DNA from: Amoebidium appalachense
Taxonomy: Eukaryota > Protista > Ichthyosporea
Assembly: GCA_963693365.1 (NCBI GenBank)
Contig: CAVNZM010000011.1
Coordinates: 8,421,937 to 8,485,936, forward strand
Direction: 5' to 3'
DNA length: 64,000 bases
How positions within the stretch are numbered: the first letter of the stretch is position 1; every line of letters starts with the position of its first letter. Of this stretch, positions 24,806 to 62,619 are shown piece after piece. Under the pieces are notes generated by a model, which ran no database searches, was not told the origin of the DNA, and was given only the letters and a program-made list of their open reading frames with translations. The position numbers and the translations under genes were made by a program.

Positions 24806-27258
24806 GGGGTTTACACACTTTTTATTGCGTGGACACTGCCGGGGGCCCAGCCACACTCGACGGCCTACTGTGTTTTCCAGCGCAGCCAATCAAATGCAGC
24901 TAGTTACATATGTACATGCTAGGCAACAATTAGCGCCATCGTAGTATACGACACCCCTATTACATATTATGGGTAAGCAGAGGCTAGCATCGGTAGCTCC
25001 GAAAGAAAGTTAAGGCACCGTATCACAATATCATACTGTGCAGCATTAACCCCGCGTTGTTCCCATTTTCAGGCAAAATGAGTCTGAAACACATGTATAC
25101 TTTAATGTGAAGAAATGATTATTTCCGATTACCATTACAACCCGAGCACGATATGTGTGTCATCTAGGCATCCGTAAAAAAAAAACGCGGGTTTATAAGT
25201 AGGAACACGTGCTGCGACCACGTGATCGGACACACTTTTGTGACTTTTTCGCGGCCGATTTGGGGCTCAAGGCGCATGAACCCTGTAAATTAGATACACG
25301 TAAAGCAAAAAACCGCTTTTCCGGCTGATCATCCGGTCAATCACGCTCGAGTGCATCTGAAGGATTTATGAGATGCGAGCCGCTTTTAAGCCACTATTTG
25401 TGCATACCTGAAGACTGGAGAAGCATAATGCATGATATAACACCAATGACAGGCGGCTCTCATGATGTGTTTGAAGTATATATCGCAAAAGGTTCTTCCT
25501 TTCCCTGTAATGCAGTATTGATTATGATCGTGTACTGAGCAGATAATATAATTTAAGTTATTCAAGCGTCAAAATGATAATCAACAATATACCATGCCTG
25601 TTTATATCGCCCGTTTACAAAACCATTTTCACACGTCGTGTTTTATTGTCGACAGCCCAGCCTATCAGCGTGAACAAGTATAGATCACCTCACTCCGGAT
25701 GCAATGAACCCCTTTCTGAGCTATCGTCTGCGCTTCTGTTTTGTTTCTTTATGTTTTGCGTACAGGGTGAGCATCACATTGAAAGCATATTGCATTTCCC
25801 TAAAAGGCCTTTTCTTTAGAGATATTAGCGCATTAGCATATAATTTGCATCTTTCTTGCATGTTTGTTATTATGAAATCTAAAAACCCATACCGTATTTC
25901 GTCGCGTGTCTATAGATCAGGCTATAGATGCTTTGCACGGTGTGATCTATTGAGACCCCTGATCTATGTAATACGAGGTGACCACGCTATCGGCTGGTAG
26001 CGAAACTGGGAGCTCCTGCTCATTTTCCCCGTTTTTTTGGGCAAATGGGGTTTAAAGTATATTAAGTTTCAATGATAATATATGTTTCTGTGTTGTTTTT
26101 ATAGCTTTCATTCAAGCAGAAGCACCCAAAATCGCTAAAATCAAGCACATACGCTTTTTTATTGCACAGGCGTTGGAATGTGTAATTTTGGCTGACTGCC
26201 TCAGCCAACGGCTGAGCCAAATCCCGGGATAGGGCACAAGCCGCCGGACGCGAAAATTGCCGGCCACTTCTGAAAATATAGACCCCTCGAAGGAAAACGC
26301 TTACCTAACCTAGAAAACTAAGTTATATACCGGTAACTTTGACTTCTTACCAAAGGAAAATACATAACCTAATTAGGTAAGCAAAAAGCACCTCCGTAGG
26401 TGGCCTGCAGCGCGAGATTTTGATTTTTGAATCTCGGGTACATAATTTTTTTTTTTTGTGCCACATATGGCACAGGGAACAACGCGGGGTTAATAAGGTG
26501 ATCTAGGATAGTCATCTTAAAACGGATATATTGAGGAAGAGAGGGAGAAAAGAGAATAAAACTGCCAATAACCTCCGGTTCTATTACGTTAGCTAACAGG
26601 GTAATACACTTATTGATAGATATGCATCCGCGAGTAAACCGCCCCCCACACATATTACACATACGAGCAGGCGACACCACAAACCGATTACACTGCCAAG
26701 CCATAATGGTCTTTGCGTTTTTACACCACACCACATTACGAATAAACGAATCTATGTAGGAACGAGACTCTCTAACCATATCCGCCATATAGGCTACTAG
26801 TAGTTGGTGTTTTTGCGGTCCTAACACAGGAAGGGACTCAACACGTAGAGTAAAAAGATATCTATCAGCCATAGACTTGAAACTATTCATATTCACACCA
26901 TGATCTAGCCGTACCTCCGGTGGGGTCGCCAGCCATTCCGCATAACGCTCGACAATGGGCAGAGACGATGTGGAAGGGAAGAGGTAGACCTATAGCATAA
27001 CTCCCCCCTTGACAGGCTACGTCCTCGGAGCCTCTTTCACCATTGCGTAGCTAATGCGTCACACCGCACCCATACGTCCAATTAGGTGAATGCCAAACCA
27101 GAGGACCGAATCGGGTCACGAATGCAACAGCACCAATTGGCTCTCTTCCATGGGTACTTTACAAGCCAGGATATGGGAAATCGGTCCGGGTCAATGACCT
27201 CGGGTCGATAGAGCATCGCGTGGTTCGGAAACCCGCGGCTCGCACCTCCACCAACTCT
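24806..27258 (-). mobile_element. Unclassified repeated element X carrying a decayed intronless ORF, interrupted by a piggyBac-type MITE
   Basis: Segments 24806-25049 and 26494-26569 recur joined together at 59876-60199. The minus-strand frame is open from about 26990 to the MITE and continues in frame past the removed MITE (..ILDHLINAAQYDIVIRCLNFLSELPMLASAYP*). An AATAAA lies 15 nt from the left (3') end. Confidence 0.6.
25050..26489. mobile_element. Non-autonomous piggyBac-type DNA transposon (1440 bp)
   Basis: Perfect 15-bp TIRs CCCCGCGTTGTTCCC / GGGAACAACGCGGGG, with TTAA on both sides (25046-25049, 26490-26493). The paralogous empty site at about 60115-60130 reads cagcaTTCAtaaggtg. No transposase ORF is present. 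Confidence 0.93.
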
Positions 27259-27460
27259 TGTATAGCAAGTCTGGCGTCTACGTCATGATAGACTACTGTA
27301 GCCGGACATAATTATAGGTCAGCCAGAGCAGATTGCTAAAAAATCAAGTCCCCAGCCAGAGGCTCGAACATGGTTGCTATAACCAAGCGCTTACCCAGAT
27401 CGGCCAAAAGGCAGTGCCGCTGGCGGGACAGCGACTGCTATATTTTATGACACCTATACA
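27259..27460. repeat. Direct repeat B (202 bp, TGTATAG...CTATACA termini) containing a tRNA-like Pol III unit
   Basis: Full-length version of repeat A, with 7-bp inverted termini and a GTCTA..TAGAC hairpin near the left end. Confidence 0.8.
27348..27412 (-). ncRNA. tRNA-derived (SINE-head-like) Pol III sequence; not a canonical tRNA
   Basis: The minus strand reads GCCTTT-TGGCCGATCTGG(box A-like)-GTAAGCGCTTGGTTATAGCAACCAT-GTTCGAGCC(box B-like)-TCTGGCTGGGGAC, followed closely by a T6 run. The anticodon arm is shortened. Confidence 0.5.
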
Positions 27461-28316
27461 ATATTAGAAGACTTGGTAAAGGGAATAAAACATGTTCATG
27501 ATCAGTCGACACAGTTGCTGTAGCTGGAAAACGCACATAGTTTTCAGAGTGGTATATATGCTGGTGTTGCAAGCACAACTGGAAGATACGGAAATAGAAC
27601 CTCATCTATCATAGTGAAACTTCATATTCCAATATATACAACACTGTTGTAATTGGGCGGTATATATAAGAAATACAATAACTACGGAAAGGTGAGAAAC
27701 TTGAGAAGCGAAAGTGCCCACAGTGCATTTGATGTTTCACCCTATTTTTGCAGCTCCGGATTCCCAGTCAATATACTATGATACAAAAATCTCCAATGAA
27801 CCCCAAATTACAACAATGTCTCACATTTTCCGCCTTATATCAGATACGTATACTGTAGCTTAATTTTCCGGAAATAGAAATGTGGAATTCAGAAAGACAT
27901 TTGCACAAAGCGAGTATATATGTAATGACAAACCAGTAATCCTGGAAAGAGAATTATCTGCAAACCCCGAAAGGGACAACTAGAAATAAATCCATATCGA
28001 CATATTCCCCCCCCTCCTCCCCCCTCCCCCCCTCCCCCCCCCCCCCCCCCTTCCTCCCCACCCTCTTTTGATAATTGAAGCACTATAATTTGTTTCTAGC
28101 ACCCTTCGAACCAAACAAACACCCAGTTATATCTATAGTACGGTACTTAATCATTCGGAAAACCACAAGATACGATTTGCATATATTACTACCTCAAATT
28201 GGTACAGAGCCAGTGACTTTCCGTTTCTGAAAAGCAACCAATGTGTGGCCACATGGCTTTAGGTCTGCGTCAGATTTGTTTTTATAAACCAAATTGTCAT
28301 TTTCATTGGCGGAAAA

Positions 28317-49408
<21,092 letters not shown>

Positions 49409-49412
<4 letters not shown>

Positions 49413-49418
49413 GGTGGT
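49409..49418 (-). promoter_or_regulatory. Strong Kozak context at the myosin start
   Basis: The minus strand reads tccaccaccATGG. Confidence 0.7.
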
Positions 49419-50212
49419 GGAAAAAACGCAATGTTTTATGTGAATTCACACTGTTTTCTACCGTGTATACATGCACAAAAACAAAACAAAGCAACTAGAG
49501 GTAACAAAAATAACGTTGGATAGTAAAAATTGGTGATGATTTTGAGAGGAAATGGGGGCGAAAATGAATGACACGAAGACGTGAATCTGACTCCAACCCG
49601 GGGAGGGTAGATCTATAGTTGTTGCGGTATGCTGAGATGGGGGTGGCCGGCGCTCCAATTGGTGCCCTGGATTTTTATCTTACGGTTACTTGATTGGATA
49701 ATTACAAGATCTCGCAATTAACAGACGTGATATAAAGCGAATGAATTATCATACAATTTGTTAAAATGGTCATGATTCGTGTTTAGAGAGAAGCGTTCTT
49801 TAAGCCATCCAATCGCATTGCGCTATAACGTGGGCACAACGAAGCATCCAAAACTTATCGTGTAGCCGTTTTGAAGCCACGAAAAAACATTGATGCGTCA
49901 CTTTGATTTTGTCACCTCAGAAATGAGCTCCCAAAACGCGTTCAGCTATGAGAACCCACGCGTTATTGAAAAGCTGCTGCTAAGTAAAAGCCGTTCATTT
50001 TCCCTGCGGCGGCTGTGGATGATCATGATCTCGGGAAACATGGTGAATACATGTGATACGACATGTGTGCGCGCACATGCCCGTGTGCGTGTGGGGTCAG
50101 CGTGTGTGTACTTTTTGCAGATTTGACCCTTTTTATTTAAGGTCTAATTCAGTACCGCTGCCTAGTAGAGCGTATGTGTACACATTTGTGTGCATGTGCG
50201 TGTGCGTGTGTG

Positions 50213-50292
<80 letters not shown>

Positions 50293-50303
50293 CGTGCGCG
50301 TGC

Positions 50304-50395
<92 letters not shown>

Positions 50396-50681
50396 GTTCG
50401 CTTGGAGCATCTACGTAAGTTTTGATGTGTCAGACCTCTGTTTTTTGTCTTGCTCCCCCTCGGCCACTGGCCTTCCCCGCCTCACCCCTTCTCTCCCTAA
50501 CAATTGCTGCCCCGGCTCTCTCTCTCCCTCTCTTCTTCTCCCTCTTCTCCTCTCTCGTCCTCCCCCCAACCCCCCCCAACCCCCCCACCCCCCCCCCCCC
50601 CTCCCCCCGCCTCCCTCCCTCCCTTCGTCCTCCCCTCCCCCGCCCTTTCTGTACTCTTTCCTTCTCTCTGCCCCCTCGCCC

Positions 50682-50958
<277 letters not shown>

Positions 50959-50968
50959 CATACACCCA

Positions 50969-51027
<59 letters not shown>

Positions 51028-52021
51028 AAAAAAAAACACACACACACACACCGTGACACACACACACACACACACATACACACAGACACACACACACACA
51101 CAAACACAAGCACACACACACACACAAAAAAAATCAGACTCCAAGGCACTGACGAGATTTCGTGAAATATATTGAATAAATCACAAACCCGAAGTTCGAG
51201 CTCTAGGCTACTGCGGCAAGTTCAGAAGTATTCCACCACAAATCAAAACCTTTGCAAAAAATCCATCGCATATTACATAAAAAATACTACATGTTTATAA
51301 ACGTTCAACCAGCTACAATCCAAAGCTCAATCGTAATATCGTATGCCTACAGCGGAAACCATATTCACTTGAGTTTGATATCAATCATGTGACACCTGGC
51401 TAGAAAACTCTGCGACTAGGGTCTAATGTCGAATACAAAAACCGCTTATTATAAAGTTTAATCCGTATTCAAGTTGTCTACATGGCATGCACATTACACT
51501 TGGTTAAATCAGTCTTTTGTCTACTCTCAGACATGGATAATACACCTGGGTTACCTAGTATTTACATCTAGCTCGAAAGTTCTGTGACTGTTTCGTATGA
51601 AGTAACTCACCTCTAGCCCGAATATCCACAATTTATCCTATACACCGAAACACAAGCCCCCCCCCCCCCCCCTCCCCCCCTCCCCTCCCCAACCGTTGCA
51701 ACACAAGCGCCGCCCCCCCCCCCCCCTCCCCAACCGTTGCAATGTAATGATTTCCTAGCCGCAACCTTTAACCTACCCGGCTAATAAAAGGAACTATTTA
51801 ACACCCCATTCCTCCAAACACCGTGGCGCCCCTCCCGCCCACTCACTGACTCACACACTCACTCATAAGCACACACAAGCACCACACATGCACCACCCCA
51901 CCCCCCCCCCCCCCCCCCCCCCCTCCCCCGCCAAAAAAAAAAAAAAAGAAAAAAAAAAAAAGAAATAAACAAACAAGCGAAACCTTCACTGCGGCACATC
52001 CTACCCAGTTCTTTGTGACAG

Positions 52022-52269
52022 ATGTATAGGAGTCAAGCCTTGAACATCGTAAGCAAACCCCCCCCCCCCCCCCCCCCCCTTCTTTCCCCTCCCCCCATCC
52101 CCCCTCCTCCGCACCTCACGCCACTACCGCCACTATGGTGCCCTTTGCAGGCAGTACTCTTGTGCAGGCACGGAACAAGGTGCAGGCCTGGCGGGATGCC
52201 TGGAAGCCCACGTGGCTGCATTCTGGCGTGTTCCGGCACTTTTCCGCACACGATCTCAGCCCGGGCGAG
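52022..52269 (+). other. Two orphan exon-like segments (52022-52048 and 52151-52269), product unknown
   Basis: tgtgacag|...|gtaagc and ccctttgcag|...|gtgcgt bound high-complexity sequence. The second segment is open in more than one frame and shows no recognisable domain. Confidence 0.3.
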
Positions 52270-52365
52270 GTGCGTACTGGGCCAATCTGGAAAGCGCTGT
52301 CGCACGTACCGGGGTTGGCGGCATCTAATTAAGGTATGATGGGGTTTGGGTCAGGGCGAAAAGGT

Positions 52366-52397
<32 letters not shown>

Positions 52398-52611
52398 TAC
52401 ACAGGTGTGTGTGTGTCGCGCGTTTCGTGTGAGTGCGAGTTTGTGTTCGGGCTCGCACGTATGCATGTACACAAGCACGTATGTCCCTCCTTTCAGTGTG
52501 TTTGTGGCTCCATGTTTGTGTGATTGCTTGCATGGTGGGGGTGGTAGTGGCGGTGGCGGTGGTGGCGTTGGTGGCAGCGGTGTGTGTGTATTTGTGGATG
52601 TGATTTTTGCT

Positions 52612-56973
<4,362 letters not shown>

Positions 56974-57159
56974 GTTAACGTTGGCTCATTGTATGACACT
57001 TGACAAGAGTTATTATTCTTCACATATACAGATGCTATCAATAGTATTGGTGATGTTCGTTGATCGTTCATGATGATTCCTTTTGGGTGCTTGAAGTAGA
57101 AACTAAAAGCAACTGCCCTTACCCACCGTCTTTTAGAGCCTCAAACGGCACGTGACTGG

Positions 57160-57231
57160 CAGCGTTCGAAATTCCCAAAAAAAGTTTGGGAATTTCCCAA
57201 ACTTTTTTTCCGGATTCCCAAAAACCTCCAG

Positions 57232-57262
<31 letters not shown>

Positions 57263-57688
57263 GGGGGGAGGGGGTGGGGGGGAGGGATGAGGGGGGGAGG
57301 GGGGAGGGGAGGGGGAGGGGGGGGGGGGGGGGGGGGGGGGTTGATATGTACAGTTGCTGACTGGGGGCGGCGAAGAGGGGGCAGGGGAGGAGGCTCAGTG
57401 GCCGTGCCTGTATATATGTATTTGTGCACATGTGTCACGGTGTGACGGTGTGGGGGGGGCCGGGGGACGGCCCGGGGGGGGGCGGATCAGGGGGGGCCGG
57501 GAGGGTTGGCCGTGACTGGGTACTTTCAACGGTGGTTAACTGGGGGGGACGGGAGGGGGGGGGGGGGGGGGGGGGGGGGGGTTGTCACACGGCGTGTGTC
57601 AGCGTGTGTGTTTAAATTTGGTGGCGGCACCGGTGGTGGTGGCACGCCCATGCATGTTGGTGGTGGTGGTGGTGGTGGTGGTGGTGGT

Positions 57689-57726
<38 letters not shown>

Positions 57727-57808
57727 GGGGGGGGGGGGGGGGGGGGGGGGAGGGGGTGGAAGAGTTCCTTTAGTACGCGTTGGTTTCAAAAACAGAATTC
57801 GAACCCTG
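57160..57808. mobile_element. hAT-type MITE (649 bp)
   Basis: Imperfect TIRs CAGCGTTCGAAATT / AATTCGAACCCTG and a perfect 8-bp TSD GTGACTGG (57152-57159, 57809-57816). An internal palindrome has 16-bp arms (aaaaaaagtttgggaa-t-ttcccaaacttttttt). Confidence 0.9.
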
Positions 57809-58852
57809 GTGACTGGATGATATTCCGAAGGTATGCATAAAGGTATGTATAAAGGAATGTGTGGCACGCGCTAACGAGGGAGTGACTGAGTGATTAGGTA
57901 GGCAAAACGAACGAAAGGTGGTCCTGGGATTAGAAAACGGCTATTCACGATCCAAAGGATGGTTATGCTCAATCATTGCTAAATCAAAGAGGAGAAAAAT
58001 GCGTATAAAGTAGGGGGTCTTCTCGACCGTCTCGAAGAGGTCCCGGGATCACTGGCATGCGATCGACATTTTTGAAACCAATCACATTCTAAGATCTTCC
58101 ACACATTCCAAACTTTAGCCTGCTCAGTGCTCACGTAAACTTAAGGCACCGATATCGGTGCCGTTACGAAGGGTTTGATTGCCTTGTGCAGCAGGTGCAA
58201 AAAGAAGATATTACAAAAGGGCAAATGAAGAGAAAAACCAAGTTATCAAAGTTGGCAACGAAACGTTAATGGTTGCAGCCGGCAGCGGTGACTTAAGCGA
58301 CTCCTCGACCGGAGTTCAAGAATCTCATCACGAATCAGATCAATTAATCTAGATTCAGCCTAGGGGAATCTAGATCGATCTATGATCATAGATTTTTTTT
58401 TATCCACATGAACATTCCAAATGCATGCCACGTTTTTGAAATCTAAAAAACTTCAATGGGTGTCTTTCATACAACACTTACAGAGGAGAATCCGGGAATT
58501 CACCCTGCCAAGGGGGGGCAAACTGAGTGCGAAGATGGAATTAGAAGAAGGAAAATAATCATCGCTGGCGCTGCTCTCTGCCGGCCCGGGCCTGCGCACA
58601 CATTTGTGCGCCACATGTGCAAATGTTCATATATACGTGCCTGGCGCACGTGCTCGCACGTACATGTGCACGCGTGGGGGGCCTTCAACTTCTCATGATG
58701 CAAGGAGCCTCTGCATGAGCCACTGATGATTTGGAAGCGCCATGTATCTTCTACAACCAAATGAACTTCTGATGTATACCAAGCACGTAAATACTATCTG
58801 TACAGGATATCAACGGCTGGGTACATAACGCTGGATTTGCTTTATACATGTA

Positions 58853-58895
58853 CTAGCCAATTCTTGGTTCTGCGTGCCCCCTGGCGGGGGCACGC
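58853..58895 (-). mobile_element. Helitron-like 3' terminus
   Basis: A perfect 10-bp GC-rich hairpin (gcgtgccccc-tggc-gggggcacgc on the plus strand) is followed 15 nt later on the minus strand by CTAG|T. The 5' end was not located. Confidence 0.5.
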
Positions 58896-59875
58896 CTTAC
58901 GGGTCTGAAGCCTTTGGCACGCACACACACACGCACAAACACCTGTAAACAGTCACACAGTGACAGTGGCATAACGCATGAACGTTCACATACACATCAC
59001 AAGCACGCGCACGTCATGTACACTTGCACGCACCACGCATACATGTGCACAAACACACACACACAAACAGGTTAGTCTTCATGCAACTCAGTGACAATGC
59101 AGCTGATTGTGCCCAAGCAGTCACCCATGCATGCATACCCGCCAAACGGCACAGGCCTATAATTTTACAAATAGGCCTAGGCCTGAGTCAGCCTGAGTCG
59201 CCACGTACAAGTATACACCCGGCGCACGCAAGCGCGTAGGCTACTCAGTGTAGTACTCCGTGACGGTCCCACGTGCACGGACGCGCTCGGAGCTCCGCCG
59301 CTCAGGCACGGACCTGGCAGGTGCTGATCATGAGTCTGACGCCAGCAGCAGAGGATCTAGATCTAGATCTCCTGGACCAATCATTGAGAGATTTGCCAGA
59401 GAATCTTCAAAACTTTAAATTTGATCTTGTAGATCCGGTATACAGCCGCTGACGCGGGCGCAGCGCTTGCAGCGCGCGCAACACGCACAGTCTCGAAGAA
59501 GTGTGTCGCTTACAGGTTTTGATAGACACTTACCTTTGCGCATGCCATGTTTCCGTGTCGCACATATAAGAAGTTTTTGCTTACCTGATATTCATGTTAC
59601 ACAAAGATGTAATCACAAAATAGAAAGCATGTGTACATGTACACATGTGCATCATGTGTGCCTGACTGATCATGCATGTGCCCATGATCGAATAGACTCT
59701 ACGCACATCATGTGCGCCGTGCGGGGTAGGGGCACGCATATCATGTGGGCCGTGGACGTCATGTCCCGTGTACTTATGACACATATACACGCGCATGAAT
59801 CCGATGATCGTTGGCACATGCGCATGTAAATGTATCATGAAATTCATAGCATTGTGCATGCGGCTATCATTCATG

Positions 59876-60199
59876 GGGGTTTACACACTTTTTATTGCGT
59901 GGACACTGCCGGAGGCCCAGCCACATTTGACGGCCTACTGCGTTTTCCAGCGCAGCCAATCAAATGCAGCCAGTGACATATGTACATGCTAGGCAACAAT
60001 GAGCGCCATCGTAGTATATGTGTTACACCCCTATTACATATTGTGGGTAAGCAGAGGCTAGCATCGGTAGCTCCGAAAGAAAGTTAAGGCACCGGATCAC
60101 AATATCATACTGTGCAGCATTCATAAGGTGATCTAGGATAGTCATCTTAAAACGGATATATTGAGGAAGAGAGGAAGAAAAGAGAATAAAACCGCCAAT
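59876..60199 (-). mobile_element. Truncated second copy of element X (empty site for the piggyBac MITE)
   Basis: Nearly identical to 24806-25049 joined directly to 26494-26569. Confidence 0.9.
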
Positions 60200-60636
60200 C
60201 TTAGAGATGAATCATTATTACGAAGTCGGTGAGATATATATGAGATAACTTCATTTCAGAGTATGAGATGAAATTGTGAGAAAGTATTACGCATGCTGAT
60301 GAACGTCCCCCGGGACGGGGGGTGCGGCATGCCAGGAGCTACTACTAGAGAGAAGGGGGGGGTATGATTGGAGGGGGGGGTGTTCAGCTAACCTTATATG
60401 GATAAAGCAAAGTTACAAGGATTCAAGCCATTGGTTGGGCAAGACCCCTTTTGCCGAATATGGATAACAGATCATACACTGCTGTAGGCGGCGGTCAGGA
60501 ATTGGCGCGCTCTTTACTGGTCACAACCAGTCCGGGAAGGCCATGAGCAGCATTGCCGAGCACACTGGAATACGGGAATGTTTGCGGTAACGTAGTCGCA
60601 CTAGGGGGGCAGGGGGCCAGGCCCCAAGTGTTTAAA

Positions 60637-62028
60637 ATGAAGCCAGGCTGCCCTAAGGGCACAACACAGCGCCCTGGGCATAAAACAGGCGGAGCTAGGG
60701 AGGGAGCTGGGCGCAAAAAAAAAGATGCTGCATTTGTTCAGCCTTTAGCGAACTTTGCAGGTTTTGGGACGGCAAACAAAGCTGTTTTGCAGGAACTAAA
60801 CGTAAACGTACAACCCGAACAGCCCCCTCTATCTAAGGCCGCCGACATAAGGGCCCGTGTAGTTGAGGCAGGTAGCGTCCATTCGTTACCAAGAGAAATG
60901 GATCGGGCCCCTGCTCCACACCCACCAGACATACAGGTGCAACCCGACGAGGAACCTTTGCTAAATGCAGCAGCAGATGCGTACCGGGTAGACGAGGATG
61001 AAGGGGAGGAAGAGGGAGAAGATAATACGGACGGGGATGACGGTGGAGAGGAGTTTTCTGACGCGGCGGGCGAAACAATCAAGTCGCACCTGCACACAGT
61101 GAAAGAGAGTCTCAAAGATGAGAAGACGCCTGTGGGGTGGCATCTTCCACCTCCCATTATAGGCTTTAAATTTGGGGGCGATCCAGCGCCTTTCTACAAA
61201 CCCAGATGTTTTGCCTGGCTTCCGGAAAGGTTGTCTCCCGGTTTCATGGTGCCGTGCCCCTTCGATGATCACTACGTGGACCCCCACAACCACCCCAACC
61301 CACACCGTACTTCTCGCAATGGGTTCATGAGCAACCCCGTAGGACGGCGTGTTATCGACTTTGACAGCTGCTACTACATTATCACGGCCCGGTACTTTTG
61401 TGACACATGCAAAAAAAACTTTGCCGGCACAAACCCCCAGACAATTAAACGCCTTCCACTCTTCATGCGTGATCAGTTTCCGGCCTACCTTAGCCACCGC
61501 AGTGGGCTCGACCTAAAGGTGGTAACATTGTTGCGTGCACTGGCAGACAAAGGTGTGGGCCCAAACGCCTTTGCCACCCTCCTCTCGGAGCTCCACAAGC
61601 AGCGATACGACGAGCAGCGGCTCCTGTATTACTCGAGGGCGCTGCATTGGACCAAGTATGAACTCAAAAAGCGTAACGATTTCCGCCCCCACGACCAGCG
61701 CCTGACAGAACTTCCCCCAGAGGAGCAGGCGGCTAAGTTCTCGGCGTTTGGTGACAAAAATGGTTACGCTGGACATGTGCCTTCAGGCAAGTGTGCACTG
61801 CATTTTGGGTGTGTAAATGGTCCCCATTGTTTTGTATGCACGTGCTTGGGCATTTTTTGGGTTGGCTTGGTAGGGTTTTGTTTTATTATTTTTTATTTTT
61901 TTTTTAGGGGGGGGGGGGGGACTTGGAAATGGGTTTTGGAAGTGTGGTCAATAAGTTTCTATTATGGTGGTGGTGGATGTGTGGTGGTGGATGTGCGCCT
62001 GTGAGTGTGCGTGTACTTGTGGGTCCGT

Positions 62029-62059
<31 letters not shown>

Positions 62060-62168
62060 GGGGGGTGTGGGGGGGGGGGGGGGGGGGGGGAGGGGGAGGG
62101 GGGACATGGTGATGGATTAGGTGGTGGTGGTGGCAATCAGTCATGGTGGTGGTGGTGGTGGTGGTGGT

Positions 62169-62200
<32 letters not shown>

Positions 62201-62572
62201 GGGCAGAGGGATCATCAGAGGGGTGAAAGCATAACGGTCCATGTACCAGTGAGTGTGCTTGGGAAATCGTGGAGAACTGTTATGCCTGAAATTAGATGGT
62301 GGGTGTGCGCATGTGTGTCTGTGTGTGTTGGGGGAAAGGAGGTGGAGAGCGGGGGGGGGGGGGGGGGGGGGGGGGGGGGAGGGGGGGGGGGCACATGGTG
62401 GTAGACTGGATCTTGGTGGCGGTACTTAATGGTTATTATAGTAGTGGCAGGAGGGTGTGGGGGGAAGGGCAAACGGACGTGCAGGGGACAAACTGCAGAT
62501 GGGGCACAAAGGGGAAAGAAGGTGAAAGTTGGTGCAATGACTTGGAGGGTTTGCGCGCGCCGGGAGGCGGGG

Positions 62573-62619
<47 letters not shown>

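Noticed and set aside
26369-26493. C-terminus of ORF 26369..26896 as given in the track
   Set aside because: The last ~40 codons are read-through into the piggyBac MITE, not the original protein.
27348-27412. Functional tRNA gene
   Set aside because: A/B boxes are present, but there is no proper acceptor stem or 7-nt anticodon loop. It is embedded in a repeat and partly deleted in the second copy.
24652-27460. Canonical LTR retrotransposon
   Set aside because: No 4-6 bp TSD, no recognisable PBS/PPT and no gag/pol motifs. The second copy of the interior lacks the repeats.
61787-62004. Hydrophobic C-terminal tail of ORF 60553..62004 as a transmembrane segment
   Set aside because: It is read-through into the GC-AG intron. 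Homology resumes at 62777.
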